From Candidatus Iainarchaeum sp. (lineage in GTDB: Archaea > Iainarchaeota > Iainarchaeia > Iainarchaeales > CSSED10-239): DNA of 32,000 nt. The translations under genes and the position numbers were made by a program. Every line of letters starts with the position of its first letter. Positions within the stretch are counted from its first letter, which is position 1. The stretch is from the NCBI GenBank assembly GCA_037441475.1, contig JBBISB010000001.1, positions 276,418 through 308,417 of the forward strand, in the 5' to 3' direction. Below are positions 1 to 8,230 of the stretch, in pieces. The notes under the pieces are model-generated. The model had not been told where the DNA came from, ran no database searches, and was given only the letters and a program-made list of their open reading frames with translations.

Positions 1-808
1 CAGCCTCAAACTTGTAAGGAACATTGTTTGTTGTAAAGGAAGTTGTAGATACATTTTTTATCATATCCCCTCCAAACCTGAATGGTTCTTGAGACTCTAA
101 ATTTTTTTTCTTTGCTATTAAACACCCAATGCCTGTTGGTCCAAGCATCTTATGCCCTGTGAAAACTAAATAATCACAATCTAGAGATTTAAAATCAAGT
201 TTCATATGAGGAGCAGATTGAGAGGCATCAATCAAGGTTCTAGCTTTGTATTTCTTAGCTATGTTAATTATTTCTTTAATAGGTACAATGGTTCCTGTGG
301 TGTTTGAAACATGTGTTATGGCTATTAGTTTTGTTTTTTCAGATATTTTTTTTTTAAAATCATCCAGGTCTAATGTAAAATTTTCTTTAATATCTACAAA
401 CTTTAAAGTTAAACCAATCTTTTTAGATAAAAAAAGCCAAGGAACAAGGTTTGCATGATGTTCTAAAATTGAAACTAAGATTTCATCTCCTTTCTTAAAA
501 TAATCTGAGTTGTAAAGAGAGTACATTACAAGGTTTATAGCATCTGTACTGTTTTGACAGAAAACTACCTCTTCTTCCTTAGAGTTTACAAACTTAGAGA
601 CCTTTTCTCTACATCCTTCATAGATAACAGAGGCTATCATAGATAGCTTATGTATCCCTCTATGTATGTTAACAGGGTACTCTAAGTAATACCTGTTAAT
701 ACCTTCAATAACCTCTCTTGGTTTTAAGGAAGACGCTGCATTATCAAAATAGATTACTTTATTTCCCTTTAAAACACTGAAGTCTTCTCTTAACTTTATA
801 AAATCCAT
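1..808 (-). CDS. sufS: cysteine desulfurase, SufS/CsdA-type class V aminotransferase (N-terminal ~269 aa; C-terminus lies beyond the window start)
   Basis: Absent from the ORF track because it runs off the window. Hand translation of the minus strand from ATG at 808-806 gives MDFIKLREDFSVLKGNKVIYFDNAASSLKPREVIEGINRYYLEYPVNIHRGIHKLS. In the same frame it continues CDYLVFTGHKMLGPTGIG...FRFGGDMI...PYKFEA. These match SufS hallmarks: DxAAS, HRGIHxLS, the SGHK PLP-lysine and the RFEA region. The frame is open to position 1. Confidence 0.85.
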   Translation of the reverse strand, partial: MDFIKLREDFSVLKGNKVIYFDNAASSLKPREVIEGINRYYLEYPVNIHRGIHKLSMIASVIYEGCREKVSKFVNSKEEEVVFCQNSTDAINLVMYSLYNSDYFKKGDEILVSILEHHANLVPWLFLSKKIGLTLKFVDIKENFTLDLDDFKKKISEKTKLIAITHVSNTTGTIVPIKEIINIAKKYKARTLIDASQSAPHMKLDFKSLDCDYLVFTGHKMLGPTGIGCLIAKKKNLESQEPFRFGGDMIKNVSTTSFTTNNVPYKFEA

Positions 809-932
809 ACATATAATATAATACAATTATTTTAAATAGATTTTTATATGATAAATATATTAGATAAGACACTAATATTTATTAGAAAAATAAAGCCTTT
901 AAAGAAAATTACTTCTTTTCTGAAAATAAAGA

Positions 933-1005
933 AGCTCGGTAGTGTAGTGGCCAAGCATGTAAGACTCTGGATCTTACGACAGGAGTTCGAATCTCCTCCG
1001 AGCTA
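933..1005 (+). tRNA. tRNA-Gln (anticodon CUG)
   Basis: Cloverleaf folded by hand. Acceptor AGCUCGG/CCGAGCU; D arm GUGU-AGUGGCCAA-GCAU; anticodon stem UAAGA/UCUUA with loop CU-CUG-GA; T arm AGGAG-UUCGAAU-CUCCU; discriminator A. An A1-U72 pair is typical of archaeal tRNA-Gln. No CCA is encoded. It stands out as a GC-rich island in AT-rich flanks. Confidence 0.9.
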
Positions 1006-1015
1006 TTTTTCTTTT
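1006..1015 (+). terminator. oligo-T tract (TTTTTCTTTT) immediately after tRNA-Gln
   Basis: Archaeal RNA polymerase terminates at oligo-T runs, and this tract begins right after the discriminator base. Confidence 0.4.
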
Positions 1016-1043
1016 AAAAAAGACATAAAAGCGTGACATACAG

Positions 1044-1673
1044 ATGAAAATCGGAATTGATATTGACAACACCATTGCACCTACATTTAAAACAATAATT
1101 GAATATTTAAATAAAAAATATTCTTCTAAAAAAAGACACAAGCATTCTAAAAACCCATCTGGATATGATTTGTTCCATTCAGATTTTAAAACCTTTTACC
1201 CTGATTGGAAGGAGTTTATAGAAAGTGATAGCCATCATGCCATGAAACCTATAAAGGGATCTGTAAGAGTAATTTCAAAATTAAGTAAAAAACATGAGAT
1301 TTACGTACTTACAGCAAGAGCAAGTTATCAAAGGGTATCAACAGTCTTTTGGATAGACAAGCATTACAAAAATAAATTTGAAGAAATCCTTTTCCTTGAC
1401 TACCATAACGATGATAACACCAAACCAGTATTTACAAAAGGAGATCTTTGTAAAAAATTTAAACTTGATGTAATGATAGAGGATGACTTTTTACAAGTTA
1501 TAGATATTGCAAACAAGAGCGAGGATACAAAGATATTCTTGTTTGATAAAAACAACCAGTATACCTGGAATAAAAAAAGACCACTTCCAAAAAACACAAA
1601 AAAAATAGAAAGTTGGAAGGATGTTGAAAGAGAGATTGAAAAGTTAACAAATAAAAGGACTACTGGAAAGTAG
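1044..1673 (+). CDS. HAD-superfamily hydrolase, possibly a 5'(3')-deoxyribonucleotidase-like phosphatase
   Basis: 209-aa ORF. The N-terminal DxDxT motif (IGIDIDNTI) is the HAD catalytic signature. A later VLTAR and a distal acidic MIEDD are consistent with HAD motifs II-IV. A GTGAC SD-like element lies 7 nt upstream of the ATG. Confidence 0.6.
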   Translation: MKIGIDIDNTIAPTFKTIIEYLNKKYSSKKRHKHSKNPSGYDLFHSDFKTFYPDWKEFIESDSHHAMKPIKGSVRVISKLSKKHEIYVLTARASYQRVSTVFWIDKHYKNKFEEILFLDYHNDDNTKPVFTKGDLCKKFKLDVMIEDDFLQVIDIANKSEDTKIFLFDKNNQYTWNKKRPLPKNTKKIESWKDVEREIEKLTNKRTTGK

Positions 1674-1899
1674 AAATATTTATTTCTTGATTTAAGTCAT
1701 TATTACCATCTGTATTTTCATCAAAAATACCCATGTTCTGTGTTGAAGAAGAATCTTGAATTATTGAGGATGAAAAATCTTCCTCTACAGAAACTTTTTC
1801 TAAAGCCAGGTTCTTTTTTGCAAGAATAGCAATGGTAATTAGAAATACAATCAAAAGGGCTAAGGCAATAATTATTCCTAAAAATAGTTTTCTATTCAT
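1660..1899 (-). CDS. hypothetical small membrane-anchored protein (N-terminal TM helix, acidic Ser/Asn-rich tail)
   Basis: 79-aa ORF. MNRKLFLGIIIALALLIVFLITIAILAKK forms one clear TM segment. It starts 9 nt downstream of the reductase gene on the same strand. No recognisable family. Confidence 0.45.
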   Translation of the reverse strand: MNRKLFLGIIIALALLIVFLITIAILAKKNLALEKVSVEEDFSSSIIQDSSSTQNMGIFDENTDGNNDLNQEINISTFQ

Positions 1900-1908
1900 G
1901 GTTAAATA

Positions 1909-3093
1909 TCACATCATCATAAACTTAAATATCTCTGGTGCAAGAGATAATGCTTTTTTGTTAAGAAGTATCTTTGACATAAAGACAGTGGGATAATCCA
2001 TGCTCCCATGCTCTTCTAAGATAGCAGGTATACCAGCATCCTTTATCTTTAAAAGTAATTTATCTTGTTCAAATATTGTTTTTGAAAAGAAATATTTTCT
2101 TATCTTGTAGTGCATATTAAGTTCCTTCTTATATTCTTTTAAGTAAGTGTTATATAAGGAAAGAGACTTATACCCTTTTATCCTATCGTTAATAGCTCTT
2201 GCTGCCATCTCTGAGGACATTAAACCAAAATTAACTCCCCCACCAGTAGTTGCTTTAACAAAACAAGCTGCATCACCTACAAGCAAGATGTTTTTATAAA
2301 CAAGATTTTTTAAAGGTCTTGAGATTGGAAGAATACCTGAGCATTCATATGTTTCTTTTGTGTAAGAAAGCTTATGCTTTTCTTTAAACTTTAGAAACAT
2401 CTCTTTAGGGTTTTTACCTAAGGAAACACCAAGCCCTATTTTTGCTGTGCTTAAAGATTCTGGAACAACCCATGCAAATAAACCTTTTGCAAAATCACCT
2501 AAGTATACTGAAACTCCTTTATTATCAAAGTCACCCTCTACATTTACTTGATAGGTATGGATAAACTCTTGATTTTTAATTTCAGGGAAAAAAGTTTTTC
2601 TTACAAAGGAGTTAGGACCATCAGCACCAACTAAAAAATCAAACCTAAGCTCCTCTTTATTATTATTTTCAAGATCTAAATAAGTTATGAATGTTTCTGT
2701 AATCTCAATTACTCTTTTACCTGTTAAAACCTCAACTCCAAAATTCTCAACAAGCTCTTTTATCTTACTATCAAATTTTTCTCTATCAATAACATAGGCT
2801 TTTATGTCCTTTGAAAACACATCTATTTTTGCTTCAAGAGGGCCATAAATATGAGCACCATAGATTTTGTTTAATAAAAAGTCCTTTAAGACAAGGTTAT
2901 TTTTAAGCTTAAGCCTATTGTAGCCAGTAACATCTATTAAACCACTACAACAAACTGGAGATCCACAGGTTTTATGTTCTTCTATAACAGTAACAATAAT
3001 GTTTGGATTTAGTTTCTTTAGAAGATAAGCACAGTAAAGACCAGTTGGGCCTCCACCTACCACAATTATTCTTCTATCAATTCCTTCTATCAT
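1909..3093 (-). CDS. FAD-dependent geranylgeranyl reductase family protein (digeranylgeranylglycerophospholipid reductase-like)
   Basis: Rossmann motif IIVVGGGPTGLYCAYLL near the N-terminus and the GDAA motif (LLVGDAACFVKATTGGGV) typical of the GGR family; ~395 aa. ATG at 3093 (preceded by TGGTAAT) is preferred over the TTG at 3105 used by the ORF track. Confidence 0.75.
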   Translation of the reverse strand: MIEGIDRRIIVVGGGPTGLYCAYLLKKLNPNIIVTVIEEHKTCGSPVCCSGLIDVTGYNRLKLKNNLVLKDFLLNKIYGAHIYGPLEAKIDVFSKDIKAYVIDREKFDSKIKELVENFGVEVLTGKRVIEITETFITYLDLENNNKEELRFDFLVGADGPNSFVRKTFFPEIKNQEFIHTYQVNVEGDFDNKGVSVYLGDFAKGLFAWVVPESLSTAKIGLGVSLGKNPKEMFLKFKEKHKLSYTKETYECSGILPISRPLKNLVYKNILLVGDAACFVKATTGGGVNFGLMSSEMAARAINDRIKGYKSLSLYNTYLKEYKKELNMHYKIRKYFFSKTIFEQDKLLLKIKDAGIPAILEEHGSMDYPTVFMSKILLNKKALSLAPEIFKFMMM

Positions 3094-3113
3094 GTTTATT
3101 ACCAATTAAATAT

Positions 3114-6100
3114 TTATTTATTACTTCTTTTAACAGCATCTAAGATAAACTCATAGTTACTATCATAAGTTGCTTTCTTTTCAATCTCACTTTTTGAAGA
3201 ATCTTCTTTCTTTGGATTTTCTAAAGTTGATTTGTCATCTTTATTACCACCTAGATATTTATTTATTTCTGGTTTTGCAGAAAATTCTTCAAAAGCTTGA
3301 TCCTTTTTCTTACGTGAAGAAGCTAAAAGCCAGATTACTAAAAGTAAAACAATGATTACTAAAAATATAACTGATATTAAAAATAAAGTTTTAGTATCAA
3401 ATCTAGGTTTTGAAAAATTAATATCCTCTTTGTTTACAAAACCAGTTAAAAGTAAAGGAGTATCATAAACAATACTATCGTACTTTGTTAAAACATCAAA
3501 ACTTGTTATTGGACTTAAGCTTATGTATTTTGTTGAAACAGAGAAGTTTTTAGGGATAACTATATTATAAAGAACAATTGGGTCTGGGTCAATAACTATA
3601 ATTTCTCTATCAAAATAAATTTTATCTGTGTGCTTTGCAACATCCTTTGGAATTACCTCTATAAAGGAAATGATTTTATCTTGATTTGTATCATTTGTAA
3701 AATTTAAAACTGAAGAATAGAAGTTTTGACCAGATATTTCGAATACAGAGAAATCTCTTGTGACTGATATTAAATTTAAATCACTATTATTAATATGAAA
3801 GAATAAGAGATTATCTGAAAGTATATTTTGATCTAAAACAATTTTATTTAAATCATAATTATGGTTTGTAAAATCAATAACCATTGTTTTTGTTTTTAAA
3901 ACAGTTTCTGTAGGTAAAGTTGTTAAGATATCTAAAAGAAGGTTACTTGCAGCAGTATATGTGTTTACAGCTTCAGAGAAATTATTTCCTTCAAGAGCAG
4001 AAGCTTGTGCAATTTTTTCTTTAGCTAAATTAAATTTATCTAAAATGTCTGTAGAAACATTTATAGATATTGACTCTAAGAAAGAAATTCTATCTTCAAT
4101 TATTTTTCTATTACTATTAATTTCTTTAATAAGATTTTCTTTTAGAAGTAAAGCTTCATCTACATTATCAATCTCAAAATTAATAATTTTTGTATCATAG
4201 TTTAAGGCAAGATCATAAGAAAGAACATGCATTTTATAAAAACCATCTAGGTAGTTTAAAGTGTTTAAAGAACATTCATAATTAGTGTTTGAATCTTCTA
4301 TAAAACAAACTTCTTCATTATTGTTTAAAAGATACTGTACTCTAAAGATATCTGAAGAGAAGTTAGTTAATTCAAAACTATGAATTTTAATTTCATCAAA
4401 GAAAGTATGATTAACATCAAAAGTAGGAATATTAGCATCAATTACAAAAGTAAAAGTGTCAGTTGAGGTTTCATTGTTGTTGTTTGTTCCTGTTATTTCA
4501 ACAGTACCATCACCCCTTGTTTGAAAGTCATAGGTAAAGGTTGTTATAAGGTTATTATAGAGTGGCATAATAGTTGTGAAATTTCCAGTACCTATTTTTA
4601 ACCTCACTATAGGGTTTTGTTTTAAAGCTTGGTCACTGGTTATAGAAAAACTAGAAACTCCTTTTTTTAAATAAATAACATCTAAAACAGTGTTTTTAGG
4701 AATAACATTAAAAGTAAAAGAAGGACCAAACCTTCTTGCATTTGCAGAAGCAATGCTTGATAAAGCTGATTGGTTTAAAACCTTATCAATTGCAGAAACT
4801 TTAAAATAAAATTTTTTATTTTCATTAGGGCTAAAAGTATACTCTGTACTAGAAGTTATAAAGCTTAGAGATGTTTCTGAAACTGACTCATATTCTGAAT
4901 AGTAAATCTTGTATTCCTTTAATCCACTACCATTAACATCAGTTGATGCAGACCAGGTTAATTTTATAGAACCATTTGAAAGTTCTGTTGCGACTATGTT
5001 TGTTGGAATTGTTGGGGCTTGAGAGTCATACCTTATAGTAGTTGATTTTCTTATTATTGTAAAAGGTTCATCTTCACTTCTTCCTTCAACATATACCCTC
5101 TTTTCTCCTTGCTCAGTAGTACATCCATTTCCTGAAGTGATATTAAAAGCATCATAAACAGTTGATGTTCCTGACACCTCAACCCAAGAAGTAAAAGTTG
5201 AAACATTACAACTAAACCTTACAGCATTAACATCAGAACCGTACTCTAAAGTTATTTCTGGTGTTGCTTTAGTCACATAATTAGAATAATCTGTTTTAAT
5301 CTCTATATTTATTGAAGGACCAGTCTTAATAGACGCTGGAGTTACTAAACTTAAGTTTCCTGCATTATCAACAGCTGAAACTCCATAATGGTAAGTGGTG
5401 TTATCTGATTTTGAAGAAGTATCTACACATGATTTTGTAGCTGAAGCTGCAACTGTACATACTAATGTTTGATTTGTTATGGTTGTAAAAGAAGAGGTTG
5501 CTCTATATACCCTATATTCTTTCAAACCACTTTGAGCATCTGTTGCATTTCCCCAGTTTGCTATGGTTATGTTATTATCAATCGCTCTTGTTAAGGTTAG
5601 AACTGTTGGAGTTGTTGGAGCATTAGAGTCAATAATTATTGTAAAAGTCTTTTCATTTAAATTTCCTAAAAGATCAGTTGCTGCAAATTTATAACTTCCA
5701 TTAATGTCATAATCAACTGTGTTGAAATCAAAATAAAAACCACCAAATGAGGAATTGTAATCAGCAAGCTTTACATCATTTCTATCAAGCTGTGTAAATA
5801 AAGATTCATTTCTAATACCAATACCTGTGTCTTGTAAAGAAATTGTTAAAATCTTTGTTGTTGATGGTGTGTAATAAGTATTATTATCTGAAAAACTACC
5901 TAAACTAAAGTTAGTTACTTGCGGAGAAGTATTGTCTACTAATAATATTTTTTTATTGTTTTTTGCAGTAGCTTCTACACCTAAGTTACCTGCATTATCT
6001 AAAGCATCTAAGATAACATAATAGTTACCATCATTTACTCCTGATAATAAACCTAAATTTATGAAGGTATTATTTGAATCTACGATTACTCTTTTTGTAT

Positions 6101-6662
6101 AGTTTGTTCTATAGGCATCAAGACTTGCAAAAGGAACTATGTATGCATAATAACTTTTTAAACCAGAGTATGCATCTGAAAAAGAAGATATGCCTGTAAT
6201 GTTTGCATCTCCTTTATAATAATCATTTACTTTTGTTTCTAAGGAAGTAAGGTTGAAAGTTCCTACAACCGTGTTAACTGTATCAACCATTAGATTTGCA
6301 GAAACACCTGTGTATGTTAAGACAACAGTATCTTGAGAGTTTACTAATATATTTGGCACAGCAGGATTATTTGCAGTAAAGTTTATTGAAAAGTAACCAC
6401 TATAGTTTCTACTTAAGTTACAGTAAAGAGGAAAAGTATAACCAGGTGTTGCATTTGAAGAAATTGTAATATCTATAAAATCAGAAATATTACAATCACT
6501 GCCCATGTTACTTACTTCAACATTAAACTCAGATGCTGAGTTTGTGTAAGTTAAAAGCTGGCCATTTATTTTTACAACAGGAACTGAGAAAACAAAGCCA
6601 GTTAAAAGTATTGTAAAAAATGCAAGTAATAAAAATTTATTTTTAATCATATTTAAAGCCAT
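3114..6662 (-). CDS. large secreted, C-terminally membrane-anchored surface protein with Fn3/Ig-like repeats (candidate S-layer protein or adhesin)
   Basis: 1182 aa. N-terminal signal-like segment KFLLLAFFTILLTGFVFSV. Fn3-type signatures recur: D-S-x-APTxPT linkers, SGLKEYRVY / SGLKEYKIYY / SGLKSYYAYI, and Y-x-V-SA-x-D-NAGN-xS. I hand-counted about three dozen N-x-S/T sequons. There is a coiled-coil-like segment (EALLLKENLIKEINSNRKIIEDRISFLES), a C-terminal TM (TLFLISVIFLVIIVLLLVIWLLA) and a ~75-aa K/E/S-rich cytoplasmic tail. Confidence 0.8.
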   Translation of the reverse strand: MALNMIKNKFLLLAFFTILLTGFVFSVPVVKINGQLLTYTNSASEFNVEVSNMGSDCNISDFIDITISSNATPGYTFPLYCNLSRNYSGYFSINFTANNPAVPNILVNSQDTVVLTYTGVSANLMVDTVNTVVGTFNLTSLETKVNDYYKGDANITGISSFSDAYSGLKSYYAYIVPFASLDAYRTNYTKRVIVDSNNTFINLGLLSGVNDGNYYVILDALDNAGNLGVEATAKNNKKILLVDNTSPQVTNFSLGSFSDNNTYYTPSTTKILTISLQDTGIGIRNESLFTQLDRNDVKLADYNSSFGGFYFDFNTVDYDINGSYKFAATDLLGNLNEKTFTIIIDSNAPTTPTVLTLTRAIDNNITIANWGNATDAQSGLKEYRVYRATSSFTTITNQTLVCTVAASATKSCVDTSSKSDNTTYHYGVSAVDNAGNLSLVTPASIKTGPSINIEIKTDYSNYVTKATPEITLEYGSDVNAVRFSCNVSTFTSWVEVSGTSTVYDAFNITSGNGCTTEQGEKRVYVEGRSEDEPFTIIRKSTTIRYDSQAPTIPTNIVATELSNGSIKLTWSASTDVNGSGLKEYKIYYSEYESVSETSLSFITSSTEYTFSPNENKKFYFKVSAIDKVLNQSALSSIASANARRFGPSFTFNVIPKNTVLDVIYLKKGVSSFSITSDQALKQNPIVRLKIGTGNFTTIMPLYNNLITTFTYDFQTRGDGTVEITGTNNNNETSTDTFTFVIDANIPTFDVNHTFFDEIKIHSFELTNFSSDIFRVQYLLNNNEEVCFIEDSNTNYECSLNTLNYLDGFYKMHVLSYDLALNYDTKIINFEIDNVDEALLLKENLIKEINSNRKIIEDRISFLESISINVSTDILDKFNLAKEKIAQASALEGNNFSEAVNTYTAASNLLLDILTTLPTETVLKTKTMVIDFTNHNYDLNKIVLDQNILSDNLLFFHINNSDLNLISVTRDFSVFEISGQNFYSSVLNFTNDTNQDKIISFIEVIPKDVAKHTDKIYFDREIIVIDPDPIVLYNIVIPKNFSVSTKYISLSPITSFDVLTKYDSIVYDTPLLLTGFVNKEDINFSKPRFDTKTLFLISVIFLVIIVLLLVIWLLASSRKKKDQAFEEFSAKPEINKYLGGNKDDKSTLENPKKEDSSKSEIEKKATYDSNYEFILDAVKRSNK

Positions 6663-6746
6663 TATATTTTAGTTTGTTTTTTAAACTTATATATTATATA
6701 TATTTATAGTAAAGCTATTTAAATGTTTTTTTTAAGGTAATAATTG

Positions 6747-7484
6747 ATGATAAGAACAATTTTTTATAATAATAAGAAAATAACCATAATTGGGACTGCT
6801 CATATTTCTAAAAAAAGCAAACAAACTGTTAAGGAAACAATAGATTTTGAAAAGCCTGATGTGGTTGGTATTGAACTTGATATTAAGAGACTTAGAAGTG
6901 TAATGAATAAAGAAGAGAGAAGAGAGATAAGGTTTAAGGATGTTTTTAAAACTAGAAAACCTGCTCTTTTTATGGTTTATTATTTTTTACATAAGTTTCA
7001 AAAAAAGATAGCAAGCCAGGTTGATACAACCCCTGGAGAAGAGATGATTCAAGGGGTCCTCTCTGCAAAAGAGAATAACTCAAAACTTTTACTTCTTGAT
7101 AGAGATGCTGAGTTTACTTTAAGCAAGCTTTTAAAGAACTTAACCTTTAGAGATAAGATGAGACTTTTGTTTAGTGGTTTTTCTACAAGAAAAGAGCTTG
7201 GAAAAGACTTTGATGTAAATGTTCTTTTAAAAAGTGTAGATGATGAAGAAAGTAATGAGAAGTTAAATCATTTTTTAGAAATATTTATGAAGAGACATAA
7301 GACCTTAAAGAGAATAATGATTGATGAAAGAGATCAGTTTATGGCTTATGGTATTAGAAAGACTTTAGAAAGTGAAGATGTTAATAGCATGGTTGTAGTT
7401 GTTGGGGCTGGGCATATGGAAGGACTTTCAAAAGAGATCTTTAATGAGAATATAAATGTTAAAAAGCTTTTAAGTTATAAATAG
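6747..7484 (+). CDS. TraB/PrgY/Tiki-superfamily protein (soluble domain only)
   Basis: ITIIGTAHISKKSKQTV near the N-terminus, IELD, and VVVVGAGHMEGL near the C-terminus are the conserved TraB family blocks. ATG at 6747 follows AAGGTAA; the ORF track starts one codon earlier at TTG 6744. No hydrophobic C-terminal region is present. Confidence 0.7.
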   Translation: MIRTIFYNNKKITIIGTAHISKKSKQTVKETIDFEKPDVVGIELDIKRLRSVMNKEERREIRFKDVFKTRKPALFMVYYFLHKFQKKIASQVDTTPGEEMIQGVLSAKENNSKLLLLDRDAEFTLSKLLKNLTFRDKMRLLFSGFSTRKELGKDFDVNVLLKSVDDEESNEKLNHFLEIFMKRHKTLKRIMIDERDQFMAYGIRKTLESEDVNSMVVVVGAGHMEGLSKEIFNENINVKKLLSYK

Positions 7485-7520
7485 TTTTGCTCTAATTTTT
7501 AAAAAAATAAATATTATAAA

Positions 7521-7542
7521 GCTTCTGGCGGGAATTGAACCT
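7521..7542 (-). other. tRNA 3'-end-like fragment (T-loop, T-stem 3' strand and acceptor 3' strand) with no 5' partner
   Basis: The minus strand reads GGTTCAATTCCCGCCAGAAGC, which resembles ..GG-TTCAATT-CCCGC-CAGAAGC of a tRNA 3' end. The upstream sequence (GAAAGG) cannot form the T-stem, and no matching acceptor 5' strand (GCTTCTG) lies nearby. GC-rich against almost pure A/T flanks. Confidence 0.3.
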
Positions 7543-7598
7543 TTCAAAAAAAGAAAGAAAAATAAAAAAATTTAAAAAAAAAGTAAATATTCTAGATA

Positions 7599-7652
7599 GG
7601 GGAGCACACACAAAGTAGTTTTCCGTTTAAACACGTAGAGTTTCGCTCCTCC
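7599..7652. ncRNA. candidate small structured RNA (GC-rich island with a 7-bp closing stem); class and strand unknown
   Basis: GGGGAGC (7599-7605) pairs with GCTCCTC (7645-7651), including one G-U. The surrounding 7598-7672 is ~47% G+C by hand count in an otherwise A/T-only spacer. On the plus strand a TATA-like TTTAAAAAAAAAG sits at 7571-7583 and a T7 run at 7700-7706. Confidence 0.25.
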
Positions 7653-7903
7653 TAACTATCGGATCGGCATTGTATTGTCATATCCTTTTGCAAGTTTGAT
7701 TTTTTTGCTCTTCTCTTTATCATCTCTATTAAGAATAGCTTTTTTCAAACTAATATAACTAAGATGTAACAAGTATATATATATAATACCACTTTTAATA
7801 TACAAAAAAGAACATAATAAACAAAAGGTATGTGCCAGTTAAAAATAGTATATATAAAAGAAGAGTTTATTTAATTATTTAACCATTGATAATTAACAAC
7901 AAA

Positions 7904-8230
7904 CTACCCGAAAAAAACAATCAAAATAACTATTGAGTTATAAAGAAAGTGGGCTGCATATAGAGGATAAAGATTTTTAAGTCTTTTAAAATAATAAGCA
8001 AGCACAATACCTAAGATAAAAGCACCAGTTACCTCAACAATAGAACCATACCCATAATGAGCAATTCCAAATAAAGCTGCAGAAAATAACACCCCCATCT
8101 TTGAAACTAAAAACCCTCTAAAAAACCATTCCTCTAAAAATACCCTTACAACAAGTAAGTAAATTAAAAGAAAAGGAGAGAGTGTTTTTATCTTCTCTGT
8201 CACAAGATTTAAATCAGAGTATCCAAACAA
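7904..8230 (-). CDS. CPBP family (CAAX/Abi-type) intramembrane metalloprotease; the annotated part is the C-terminal core and the true N-terminus is probably upstream
   Basis: All three CPBP motifs are present: EEWFFRGFL (EExxxR), FGIAHY (FxxxH) and HFLYN (HxxxN). The frame stays open upstream to 8467 and encodes further TM-like sequence (see findings). The TTG at 8230 is the first canonical start. Confidence 0.75.
   Translation of the reverse strand: MFGYSDLNLVTEKIKTLSPFLLIYLLVVRVFLEEWFFRGFLVSKMGVLFSAALFGIAHYGYGSIVEVTGAFILGIVLAYYFKRLKNLYPLYAAHFLYNSIVILIVFFG

Noticed and set aside
246-458. 70-aa plus-strand ORF
   Set aside because: It is antisense to the strongly supported SufS reading frame (conserved HK-PLP region). 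This is a typical shadow ORF.
848-1036. 62-aa plus-strand ORF from the track
   Set aside because: It is almost entirely occupied by the well-folded tRNA-Gln (933-1005) and its flanks. The low-complexity K/I-rich translation shows no coding signal.
3114-6662. The surface protein as a target of a diversity-generating retroelement, as known in some DPANN lineages
   Set aside because: No reverse transcriptase gene and no template/variable repeat pair could be spotted in the window. Asn-richness alone is explained by the AT bias and the sequons.
7599-7652. Reading the 7-bp GGGGAGC/GCUCCUC helix as the acceptor stem of a miniature or armless tRNA
   Set aside because: Only 39 nt lie between the strands. 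That is too few for D, anticodon and T arms, and no T-loop or anticodon-arm pattern is present. It is kept only as a generic structured-RNA candidate.
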